A stretch of 64,000 nucleotides of DNA from assembly GCA_015680685.1 (NCBI GenBank), contig MNCI01001480.1, forward strand, positions 287,253-351,252. Direction: 5' to 3'. Below the pieces are notes generated by a model. It had not been told where the DNA came from. It worked only from the letters and a program-made list of their open reading frames with translations, and ran no database searches. Source of the DNA: Gnetum montanum (Eukaryota > Plantae > Gnetophyta). Positions 26,100-37,243 of this stretch are shown piece by piece; positions within the stretch are counted from its first letter, which is position 1; each line of letters begins with the position of its first letter. The translations under genes were made by a program, and so were the position numbers.

Positions 26100-28937
26100 A
26101 TGGTACCAAAGAGAGAACCATAGGCAGGAGGGTCTTTCTAGCCCAGGGAGAAGCAACCAAGAGGAGGAAAGGACCAACAACAACAACCACAACAACTCTA
26201 GGGCTAAGTAGCTAAGAAAACCCATGTAATAGGATCTCTTTTGGAGGAGCTTGAAGTGGAATTTGTCTAATAGATTCCCATGGTAAAAATAGGCCAATCC
26301 AAGTAGGATGAAGTCCATAGGCTAAGGCTAACTTAGAAGCTACCCTCATGGAGGCCTACCTAGAAAAGATCAAAACCAAGGAGATTAAGAGTTTCATTCT
26401 CTAAGAATTGAACTTTGGATCCTTCTTAGAATTGGCACTAGAAGAAGTCCACATGTAATAACAAGGGTCTCCCATGTGGCCCATTCTCTTTGATAGTAAA
26501 AAATCATAGATGGAGGATAATTACCTCTTCTGGAATAAATGATAGGAAGATGCATCTATAAAAATCAAAGATACCATTGTCTCCTACTTAGTGGAGTTCA
26601 TCATGGAGGTCTTTTATTTACTCAATACTAGGGCAAAGTTGACGAAAATTTTCATACAAATAGACCTTGAAGGTAAAAAGGAGTGGGTCCAGCATTTTTA
26701 TGGAGTGGACCATAAGGATTATAGTGTCCTCACCAAGGCAGAGCATGTCTACTTTAGGATTGTGGCCTACCACCTAAATCCAACGGTGAGGCCTTACAAT
26801 ATAACAACCTTCTTTGCTTGGGCATGCACTGCTCTAAGTAGAAAATTTCTAGTCAACCTTCCTTAGCTCATTTATCTAAAAATTGAAAAGTACTTTAAGG
26901 AAAATAATAAGGGAAGGAAGACACTCCCCTTTTTGTGCCTCATTTACAAATTGCATATGAGGGGAGGTATTGCACACTATGCCAATGATGTGGTTTTCCA
27001 TGCTCCTACCACATCATGACAAGATATGATGAAGGATAAGGCAAAAACTAAGCTACAAGGGGAGGAGAGGCCCCCACTATCACCACCTATAAGAGAGACT
27101 ACACCATAGATGCTTGCAGCTCTTGAGAGGCCCCGAAAGCTTTGTGAGCAACAACTATAGCAATAGCAAGTCTTAGCAAGTGGTGGGGAGTCCTCAATTT
27201 ACCGTCTAGTCTTAAGCCATCTTAACGAGGTCACCAGGTCTATTAGCTAGCTAGACCATGAAATAATCCCACTATTCTCAACTCAAAGAGACCAAGTATC
27301 TGCAAGATCCAATCTAAGTGCTCAAGAGGTCATAGTATCCATTCAAGGACAAACATTCCTTAACATTTTAGGGAATGTTATGACTTTCTCTATCAAGTTG
27401 GAGGAAGATGAGGTAGTGATTATCCTAGTCATGCAACATAAAGGATAGGAAACAATGGCAGAAGTAATAGTCGATAGGGTGGTCAAAACGCTGAATGCTC
27501 CTATGGTGACCATGCCAAACATTATCACAATGGCAGACATCTAAGCATCTACAAGACTGGGGAGTGGTTGGTTAAGTGCTACCCAACACAAGGAAGTATT
27601 GGAATGATTACTTAGAGTTGGAAAATATCTTCTAGAAATCTTCAATCTTTCAAATGAGATCACTGTGAACTAGTCATAACTGCTTGAGAAAAAGGACAAG
27701 TTGTTAATTGCCAATGCTCAATGGAAGGTAGCCACCAATGCTAATCATCAGTTAGCTACTAAAGTTGAAAAATTACATGCTCATCTCTCTAACCCTACCA
27801 TTTGTAGGATAGAATTAACTAGGGATGAAGCTTTCTAATAACTTCAGCATAGATTACAAAAGGTCAATAATGTAAAGAAGGTAGCAGTTTTCAATGCATC
27901 CTTGTCGAGAGCCATGACCCTCAACACTAACAAGGAGTTTTTGCAAGTATTGAAAGAGAACTTGATCTTAACCAAAGATAATCATCACCTACAAAATTTT
28001 AAGCAACAAAAGGACCAAATGATCAAATTCATTCACCAACAATAGGAGTAGCTAGCCAAGATTAATCTAGATATGAGAAAGTTGGTACTAGATAACCACA
28101 ATCTCTTGATGGAGGAAGTCTATGCATTTCATTAGAAGATAGCCATTGAGGTAGCTGCCTGGAAGAATGAGACCTTGAAATTTGAGCAAGTAAAAAATCA
28201 TTACATGGATCAGGTTGGGCTTTTCAAAGAGGTCAATGAAAAGGAGATTCAACTAGTAAAAGCAAAGATGAATGAAATCCTCTACAACTTCAATAATGAG
28301 ACGATGTGCGATAGCCCATCTTTGATGGACTAAATGTTTCTAACAAAGCTAAAATCTTCCTAAAGGATTTGCAAATCGAGGAGATGAAAAAATACATGAA
28401 GCTCTCCAACATCCACTATGCAGACCTAGCTATGCTGATAGTAAGAAGATTACGAATAGACTTAAAAGCATGTGGCCAGTTCCTACCTCCTGTATGAGGT
28501 AAAATTCAAGCATAAAAAGGAGATAAAACAAAAGTTAGAGATAGCCAATGTAGAGCTTGAAGTTCTTAGAAGAAAATTCATGGATCAATGATCTGTTGCT
28601 GAGAACCTAGCCAGAAGGATGAATGAGAACCATGAATTGTGAAACCTAGTAAAGACATTTGACATCAAACGTAAGTAATTCATCAGCATGGTTGGTCAAC
28701 ACGAAGAAGCTGTTTTCTTCAATGTCATGCTCATGAGACATCCTAGCACCAACCCATATCAATAAATTCATGTGCACTACTTACAACCCACATGAAAATG
28801 AAGAAAAGATTAAATCATTGCTAGATGCTTTCAGACTCCCAATAGTAGCAATGGGATAGCCTCAACCTCCATTAGCTCCAAAACATGGTGAAGGATCTTC
28901 AGCATCATAGGAGCCTCCACCTCTGAGTACTATTTGA
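26100..28937 (+). pseudogene. Element B extra ORF ('env-like'/ORF3; Transposase_32-like domain plus coiled coil), degenerate
   Basis: LTKAEHVYFRIVAYHLNPTVRPYNITTFFAWACTALSRKFLVNLP..LIY...TLPFLCLIYKL resembles the domain found in Athila/SIRE extra ORFs. The C-terminal half is charged and heptad-like. Confidence 0.72.
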
Positions 28938-29184
28938 GAATTCTTTATGACTTTTTCAATCCTATAGGAACCTACTATAGTTTTTTTGTAATAGTATTCA
29001 ATTTTATTGTAATGGATACTAGAGTTGTAATCCATTAAAATCAAGCACTCAAAGTTAGTAGAGTCTATCTGTCTATCTAGCTGTCTTTTAGTTAATAAAT
29101 TCTATACATCCCCAAATTTTGCAAGAAGCTTGATCCTACTTTTTTTTTCACTTGAGGATGAGTTTTTAGTCAATTGTCGGGGTA

Positions 29185-30067
29185 TGATAAGTCATAACTA
29201 GATAGGTTGCATTGATGCAACCTTGTCAACATATCCTCATCAATGCATGCTCAGATGCATTAATGTAGGTGCATCGACACTAATGTAGCCATGGCCTATA
29301 TAAATGTGCTCACCACCCACATTTATGGCACTTAGAATTCATAGCGTAGCAAAGTTCTTACAGTTTCTTTTCTCGAGAGTTAGAATATTTTCCCTTTGAG
29401 TGCTCATAGTATGAATTAAGCAATTATATGGTGCTTTATTTGAGTGCCTACATACTTGATTTCACTGGCATGGATGATAATAAAGTTGAGATTACCTACA
29501 TTCATTACAGCACTTAGATTAGTTTCCTCTTTATGTTTAGCACTTTATTCTTAAAATAATTTACATTATTGGCCTTGAATAATTAATATAATTAATCATA
29601 AAAGATGTAAGTACGATGACTTTGAGCATAGCATATTGCACTTGGTAATCTCAGTAGTGGATATTTGGCACACCCAGTAATAGCCACTTGGTAATCCAAC
29701 AATGTTAATATGTGTTTGGGATATGTATGGAAAGTGGAAATAGTTTTTTACATTAGGATAGTTAGTTACTAGATTAGTTAAGTATTTAGATAATTAATTG
29801 TTAAATCTCCATTCACTCATCTTGTCACTAGAATGAAAAAAAGTACAAAAATACTGATAAAATTAGACATCATGTGCCTTAACTCATATTTAACCATACA
29901 TACTAATAACAAAAGTGTGAGTTAGGAAGAAAACAATATACAACTCCATAATTTAACATTTAGGACTATAGGCAACTTCAGAAACTAAGTCTATGAAATT
30001 CGACCAGATCATTAGTGAACGTTTGTGATTCGTATTGTTGGGCATAGGGAATACCCACCACTCATCA
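29185..30067 (+). repeat. Element B 3' LTR
   Basis: Follows PPT ...GTCGGGGTA. Runs TGATAAG...CACTCATCA. Confidence 0.87.
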
Positions 30068-30949
30068 ATAGGCATGTGTCAACGTAACTTGTCTTATTCA
30101 TGGTTCATCACTTGTGCAAGAATAAAATCCTTCTTTCCTTTGTATTCAATTATGCATTTGTTGTGGCTAATTAAACTTGAGTCAACTTGGACTATGAAAT
30201 CCAAGGAAGCTCCTCATCACTATGTGCATACCCTTGTGATGTAGTTTATAAAGAATTAAGGCTATGTAGTTCTAAAGAAAGTAATAAGATGGTTAAGTTG
30301 GCATGGAACCTGAAAGAATCTTCATACTCCTTTAGGCCTCATTCTGAAGGGAAACAACCTTTGAACAATCAATTAGGCATGCTTTCTTAAACTCTTCCAT
30401 GCTTCCTCATAAGTGATTATTCATCCTTGCATAATTGAAAACATAGTAACTTTATTCTTTGATTATGTGCTTATATAGTTTGGAATTCTTGCAAATACTG
30501 TATCATATATATAAAAGAATTATAGATGGAAAGATGTTAGTGAAGGATGATGGCATGCTAGGTTATGTAGCAACAAGGCAAGACAAGGCACATGCAGGTG
30601 AAATCATAGTCGATCTAGAAGATGTTACAATGGTGGATCTAGGTAAACTTATTGAACCTATAGGAAATACGTAGGAAGTCAACACTGATTGACTAGGTGT
30701 TTGTATTAGTGATTGTTAAGGCATAGTTCATCTTGAGTTCACCCTCCATTTCATAGTGATTTTGGCACTCCATGATGTACCAAGCAATACTCTCAATGGC
30801 ACACCTCCTAACATCTATCCCCTCTTCCTTTCAAGAATTTAAGATAGATGATTCATGAAACCTTTCTAAATTGACCTTCACATCATCACATAAATATAAG
30901 GATGACAAGATAGATGAAGGAAAGATTAAAAAAGAGAGTGAATAATGAG

Positions 30950-31010
30950 ATGTTAGACTAGTGGTAAGACCTTGATTTGAAAGCTCCAAGTATTAGGATT
31001 TTTTTCTTCT
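30950..31010 (+). mobile_element. Possible tRNA-derived SINE remnant
   Basis: GTTAGACTAGTGGTAAGACC (A-box-like), similar to the minus-strand copy at ~44855-44930. Confidence 0.2.
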
Positions 31011-31738
31011 CAACAAAGGTTAAGAAAAGTTCAAGAGCTAAGAAATTCAAGAAAAGGTACTGGAATTTTCATTAGAAAATTAAGAAAGAGTTTCATCCAA
31101 TCTCTTTGGAAAGAGAAAGGCAAGAAGAGGAGTGCAAGGAAGAAGAAAAGTAAGAACCAAGGAGAAAAAGATTATGAAAATTCATTAAAGATGTAGTGTG
31201 GTGAATAACCACATTCAATTTTTTAACTAAAAAATTTGTAAAATGCTTTAAGTGTGAAATTTTTTTTTTGAGTATTTATACTTCATGGGACGCAATATCG
31301 CATGGGCCGCAATATCACATACGCGATATCGCGGTGCGCTGCCAAGTCTATAAATAAGAGGTGGCTCTCCCTTGTTTTTCATTCTAGTCCTAGATCGTAG
31401 TGAAACTCTGGTAGTTTGATCTCTCCAGAGATAGAATATTTTCCATGTGCCCGCAGTAGGAGCTCCAAAGTGAACGGATCTTTATTCGAGTAGACATTGT
31501 ACCTAAACACAAGTTTGTGTACGGCAATAAAGATGAACTTCTTGGATAAACCTCACAGTGCATGGAATAGGCAAAATAGGACTTTTATTTATTGTTTATC
31601 ATTTACATGCTTTATTAGTTATTAAATCTCTCTCAACCCTTCTCTCCTAGTTAAGTGCCTCAGTACGACCGCTTCGAGCACGTGTGTTACGCGTGGTGAT
31701 CCTAGCAACGACTAGCGTTTGGTAACCACGGTTGCATC

Positions 31739-32400
31739 NNNNNNNNNNNNNNNNNNNNNNNNNNNNNNNNNNNNNNNNNNNNNNNNNNNNNNNNNNNNNN
31801 NNNNNNNNNNNNNNNNNNNNNNNNNNNNNNNNNNNNNNNNNNNNNNNNNNNNNNNNNNNNNNNNNNNNNNNNNNNNNNNNNNNNNNNNNNNNNNNNNNNN
31901 NNNNNNNNNNNNNNNNNNNNNNNNNNNNNNNNNNNNNNNNNNNNNNNNNNNNNNNNNNNNNNNNNNNNNNNNNNNNNNNNNNNNNNNNNNNNNNNNNNNN
32001 NNNNNNNNNNNNNNNNNNNNNNNNNNNNNNNNNNNNNNNNNNNNNNNNNNNNNNNNNNNNNNNNNNNNNNNNNNNNNNNNNNNNNNNNNNNNNNNNNNNN
32101 NNNNNNNNNNNNNNNNNNNNNNNNNNNNNNNNNNNNNNNNNNNNNNNNNNNNNNNNNNNNNNNNNNNNNNNNNNNNNNNNNNNNNNNNNNNNNNNNNNNN
32201 NNNNNNNNNNNNNNNNNNNNNNNNNNNNNNNNNNNNNNNNNNNNNNNNNNNNNNNNNNNNNNNNNNNNNNNNNNNNNNNNNNNNNNNNNNNNNNNNNNNN
32301 NNNNNNNNNNNNNNNNNNNNNNNNNNNNNNNNNNNNNNNNNNNNNNNNNNNNNNNNNNNNNNNNNNNNNNNNNNNNNNNNNNNNNNNNNNNNNNNNNNNN
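31739..32400. other. Assembly gap (N run)
   Basis: 662 N. Hides the end of the C 5' LTR, the PBS and the gag start. Confidence 1.
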
Positions 32401-35217
32401 GAGGAGGTGGGGTATTAGAACCTACGCTCCATGATACAAAACCCTAGTTATGATCCCTGTGAATGCCAACTATTCACTGAGGGAACAACAATACATGACA
32501 AGGACGGGCACTTAGATCATTATCATATCAAGGCCGAAGCCACAAAAGAGAAGGTAAGAAACATCATCATGGTGATGGTTCTCCTTCTTCTTCCCCTTCT
32601 TCACATCATTCACCCTCTCCTTCCACATCGGGGCATAGTCATCAAGAGCATAACGGAGAGGATAAGGGTAAGAGAAATGAGAAACCTCGATGAGAGAGTT
32701 GAGAGAGAGGATGAGGGTAGTCTAGAGAATCTAGGCATGAACGAAGGGAAAGTAGGGAACAACATAGACATCATAGACGTCATGAAAGAGATGATCATGA
32801 TGAACCCCTACTGGCCACCCGAAGCATTATAGATATCATGGAGGTAGTGAGAATCTCAACAAGGCATCAAAAAGATAGTTGGATCAAGCTCTTAAACATG
32901 AACAACATCCCCCAATTTGAAGGAGGACATAACGCTGATCCGCAAAATCATTTACAGGCATTCCACGATGCTTGCGCCTTGCAAAACATTGAAAATAAGT
33001 GGTAGAAACTAAAGTTGTTTCCCAGGACACTCATAAAGGAAGCAGAGAGTTGGTACTGGTCCTTAGAACCAGAAACCATTAGGAGGTGGAGTACGATGTT
33101 AGAACTCTTTAATGATAAATATCAAACATACTCTAGAGTGTCTAACTTGCATAAGCAGATCCAAGGATGGAAGTAAGGTACTCATGAACCCTTGAATGTT
33201 GCCATCGCCTGATACTATGCATTGTTACATCGTTGCCCAGGCCATGGTTACGCACGGCAAGACCAACTACACCATCTTGTAGATGGGCTAAGGTATGAAA
33301 CTAGGAGAACCCTTGGGACTTATGCCCAAGGGAGATTATTAGAACTTAGATCCCATGAAATTCATCAATTGTTGGAACAAGTAGCCAAAGAAGAAGGGGA
33401 GCTATGAAAAAGAGAGAGCGTAGAAGAATACAACCACGATCCTTCCCTCCAGAAGAGGGGAGTGAGATTTTGCGATAAAGAGGATGAGTCACCACTTGAA
33501 GAGTTGGTGAACAGAAAAACTTGCCACTCCAAAAATTAACAATAGAAGTAGCGGCTAAGGTAGATGAAGTATGGAGCTCCTTAGATAGTAAAATTGAAAC
33601 TATTCTAAAGATCGTAGAGGAGTCTAAGGAGGAACGAACTAGTGACAAGGACAAGAAAAAGTGGAGACACTCAGGCCTTGCATGTGACAAGGGTAAGGGG
33701 AAAATGAACATCTCCGATGAGGTTGTGGACTCAGATTCAGACAATGACGGTGGATGTGAGATCTACCAATATGAACATCCTATGGGATGTTGTCCAATCA
33801 TCTCATGAGAGTCTGGGGTGTATGCACTAAACTCGAGACTCAACAGATGGCAGACATCCCGAAGGTTACCTTATCCCCAAGGTAACCCAAGAGAGTTCCA
33901 CCAACCATTAACGTACTATCCAAGTGGAACTCCACCACAACCCATCGAGCAACATTAGCAATGGCAATACCCATAGTCATGGGGGATGCCACCGCCAAAA
34001 CAACAATACCCTTACCGATAACCAGGCCCATATGGCTCCTACGTGTAGCAGCCGGTTTCTCCAAGTGACTCTATGGATCACACAACCCTGCAGTGTTACT
34101 ATTAAGTTTGGGAGTACTTTAGAAGGACTCCTTTTCCTCTAGGAGATGCTCCACATCCATACCATCCTCCAAATCCATCCGCCTCTCTTCTACCAGTAGT
34201 TCCCATAACTCCTGCTCCAACAATACAAGGGGAACTCCCCACTCAACCACAACAACGTAACGCTACGAGAGTAATAAACATTCAACCCGCTGTTGGTTCT
34301 GACAATTGCAAAAAGAGATGACCTTTCTTCAAAACCAAAAGCCCAGACAAGCTCTCACAACAACAAGTCATTGAGTCTGTGCACACTCCTCCAACAAATA
34401 AGGCTTCGGAGCTCCCTTCAAACCAATATCAAAGCTCAATGCAAACGGTTATGTTAACGCATACCATTACCGATTGCATCAAGGTAGGCCACCTTCCCAG
34501 GAAACTATCTAACCCTGGAAGTCCCTTAATCTACCTCCAAGTCGCTGGGAAAGAACCACATAAGGCTCTTCTTGACTCAGGTTCTAGAGTCAACGTAATA
34601 TCACGAGAAATGTATCAAGCCTGGAACCTTCCCCAACTCAAGAAGAGCAATATCCAACTTGAGTTGGCAGACCAGTCCATCACCATTCCCTTGGAATTGG
34701 TGGAGGACATAATTACCACTATGTGTGGTTGGTCATACCCAGCCGATTTCCTGGTGATAGAAGTTAACAGCAATGCAAGGGACTTCCCAATTATAATGGG
34801 AAGGGCATGGCTAAGCACAATACACACATGCCTAGGGATCTGCGATCTTTTCTTGGAAATATCTAAGGTAAACATTTATGGAAAGATTGAGAAGAAGAAA
34901 GTTCCATGCATCACATACAGTGATTCATCAGGTGATGACATGGAGGAATGCTCTGCATCTCCCCCATGCAACAGGTGTGCTCTTGAAACTTTGAGACAAA
35001 AGTGCCTGTATGTAGCAACCACACAACAAGTAGACACCCCGTGGTTGACAGCTAGTCGAAAGAGCAACTGACCAACATGCATGGAACGAACTGGGGAAAT
35101 AACTCATGCTAACAACGAAGTTATAGATACATTGGAATATGAGCATCGTCGACTTCCACCCCTTAATCTAAGAACATCAATTGGGAGAAGTTAGGCACTT
35201 TTAAGAAATTCAAATAG
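32401..35217 (+). pseudogene. Element C gag-protease
   Basis: FEGGHNADPQNHLQAFHDACA gag motif (~32920) and protease KALLDSGSRVNVIS in ORF 34379-35071. The sequence then jumps to the integrase-end/3' spacer sequence with no RT motifs. Confidence 0.88.
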
Positions 35218-35310
35218 ATGTTCATTATCTCGGATCTCTCCCTTTCCATTCAGTCATGGGGGAGATGGCCACCTATGCTAATCATTTTGGGCCCTCAATT
35301 CTTTTAATTT

Positions 35311-35510
35311 TTTGTTTTACACATTTTTGTTTTACCCGTTTTTGTTTTACACATTTTTGTTTTACAAGTTTTTGTTTTACACATTTTTGTTTTACACGTT
35401 TTTGTCTTACATATTTTTTTTTTACAAATTTCTTTAACTCTTTTTATTTTTGTTTTACAACATCTTTATACTTTTTCATTTTGTGTGTGTGTGTGTGTGT
35501 GTGCGTGTGT
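35311..35510 (+). repeat. T-rich ~15-bp tandem repeat (TTTTGTTTTACACAT)n plus (TG)n microsatellite
   Basis: Directly visible. Produces the spurious FCFTH-repeat ORF. Confidence 0.9.
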
Positions 35511-37243
35511 TATCCATCTTGTTAGTTTGTCATCCAATAAGTGTTCTTCATGATGGTATGAACTGTTTTTCTATTGATTGCTAATGTTTGATTTTTACCT
35601 TTAAGTTATGATGTTGATACTAAGGTATGTTTCTTTTGATATAGTAGGCAATGAGTCCACTTCATCCATTCATTCACAAGTTTCTATGGTTTCTCTCGGC
35701 TTGGAAATGTACAGTCCCTTTCTAATCAGAACTTTAATGAATCGGTGATTGGGCATTTCTCAAACTAAGAAAGGACTCAAGGATTGAAAAGGGTGTGACT
35801 TCAAGGGAACTTGATGCATTTGTGTTGGCCATTCTCTTGGGTGCTCAGATGTTTTCTTCTTGAGTTTTCTTACTGTTTCGATGTTACCCAATTACTGGGA
35901 AGCTAAGCAAATAAAAATAACAAAGTCTTTGCATGGTGTGGTTCTCACGCATAAACACATAAAACACAAAAAAAAAGTGAGAATTCAAAGCACACCCCTT
36001 AGACAAAATAATTCTTTGGGCTACAAGCACTAGTTATGGAACTAAAATAAAAATGTTCCCTCTAACAAAGGCCCTTCTCGCTTCCCATTCTCTCCTCTTT
36101 GTTTTGTCGGAATGATGGTGACTCTTGGATGAAGGCATTCTTGTTACTTCAAGAGGATGGATTGGCCAAATGTATTAATGCGAAGTCACTGGATGTGGTT
36201 TGTTTAAGGTCGAACTTGGAATGGGATCTGCTAAGTCACATTAATCATGACTTCACAAGGGGTTGTACACCACCTTGTTCTTGAGATTCCATTCCATTCT
36301 CTTCTCTTCATCCTTTTCTCCATTGTTCACCTCATTGTTGGTTGTATCATTAGTGTATATTTTGGTTGACACATCGTTTTCTTTTTGGTAAATTCTTACG
36401 GTTAAGACTTTAACTCTTATTCTAAATGACATTCCCAGAGCCTACGGACTCTTCGAATGTGGGTTTGTCAGGGCATTTAGGGCATGAGCCTACTTTGGGG
36501 AGGACCCACTGACATTCCTATTTGGTGCATCAGTTAAATTTTTTCCCTTAAACATTTTTCAATCAATTTTATTTTGTTCATTTTCATCTTGACATCCATT
36601 TTATCGACGATATAGTTGTCAATTGTTCTTCATCTTTCTTATTCCTTTTCTTTTTCCATTCTTTTGCTACCGGAGGTTTGCGATTAGTTATGGGGGTACA
36701 GGGCCCAATTTTTTCGATTTTCTCCTAATCCCTACACCTTCAGTAGTCACCAATATTATATCTCCAGACCCGCAATCAGCCATACCACAACAAAGCCAAC
36801 GAACCTTTCACCGAAGCAAGGTATCAACTGCATTGAAATTCATTTACCCTTGCTAATATAAGATTATGTTGTGTGTGCAGATGGCAATCATACAACAACG
36901 AAATGGATCTGGAGGGAACACTTGGAATGGAGCGGTGTTGAAGTAGCTATGCAAGGAGCAAGATCAATGGCGCACTTACAGATGAACAATGAAAGGCGCA
37001 ATCTTGGCATTGGCAGCAACAAAACTTCTTTCTCTCTCTCTTTTTCTCAGCTGCCAAATAAGGCTTGATGTCAAATGTAATAAAGTGTTCACTCTTGTTG
37101 TCAAGAACACCAGTTTTGTCTTGTCTTGTAATGATGATCCGTTCACACATCATCCCATTAGTTCCATTTGAGTCAATAATCCCATATCGTCCCAATATTT
37201 TGTAAGGAACTCGAGGACGAGTTTTCATTCAGTCATGGGGGTA

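Larger units (their letters stand above)
16801..30067 (+). mobile_element. Element B: degenerate full-length Athila-like Ty3/gypsy LTR retrotransposon
   Basis: LTRs 16801-17705 and 29185-30067, PBS 17707-17724, gag-pol, extra ORF, PPT before 29185. Near-TSD ATGGG (16796-16800) / ATAGG (30068-30072). Confidence 0.9.
3945..30110 (-). mobile_element. Element A: degenerate full-length Athila-like Ty3/gypsy LTR retrotransposon (contains element B in its 5' LTR)
   Basis: 3' LTR 3945-4538 with PPT next to it, extra ORF, pol, gag, PBS at 15959-15976, 5' LTR 15978-16800 plus 30073-30110. The flanking 5-mers (TAGAT / CTTGT) do not match, so no TSD. Confidence 0.88.

Noticed and set aside
31719-32447. 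Two long ORFs (242 and 228 aa)
   Set aside because: They are translations of the N gap.
35256-35525. ORF with FCFTH repeats, or a CRISPR-like array
   Set aside because: It is a simple T-rich tandem repeat with no spacers, in eukaryotic TE context.
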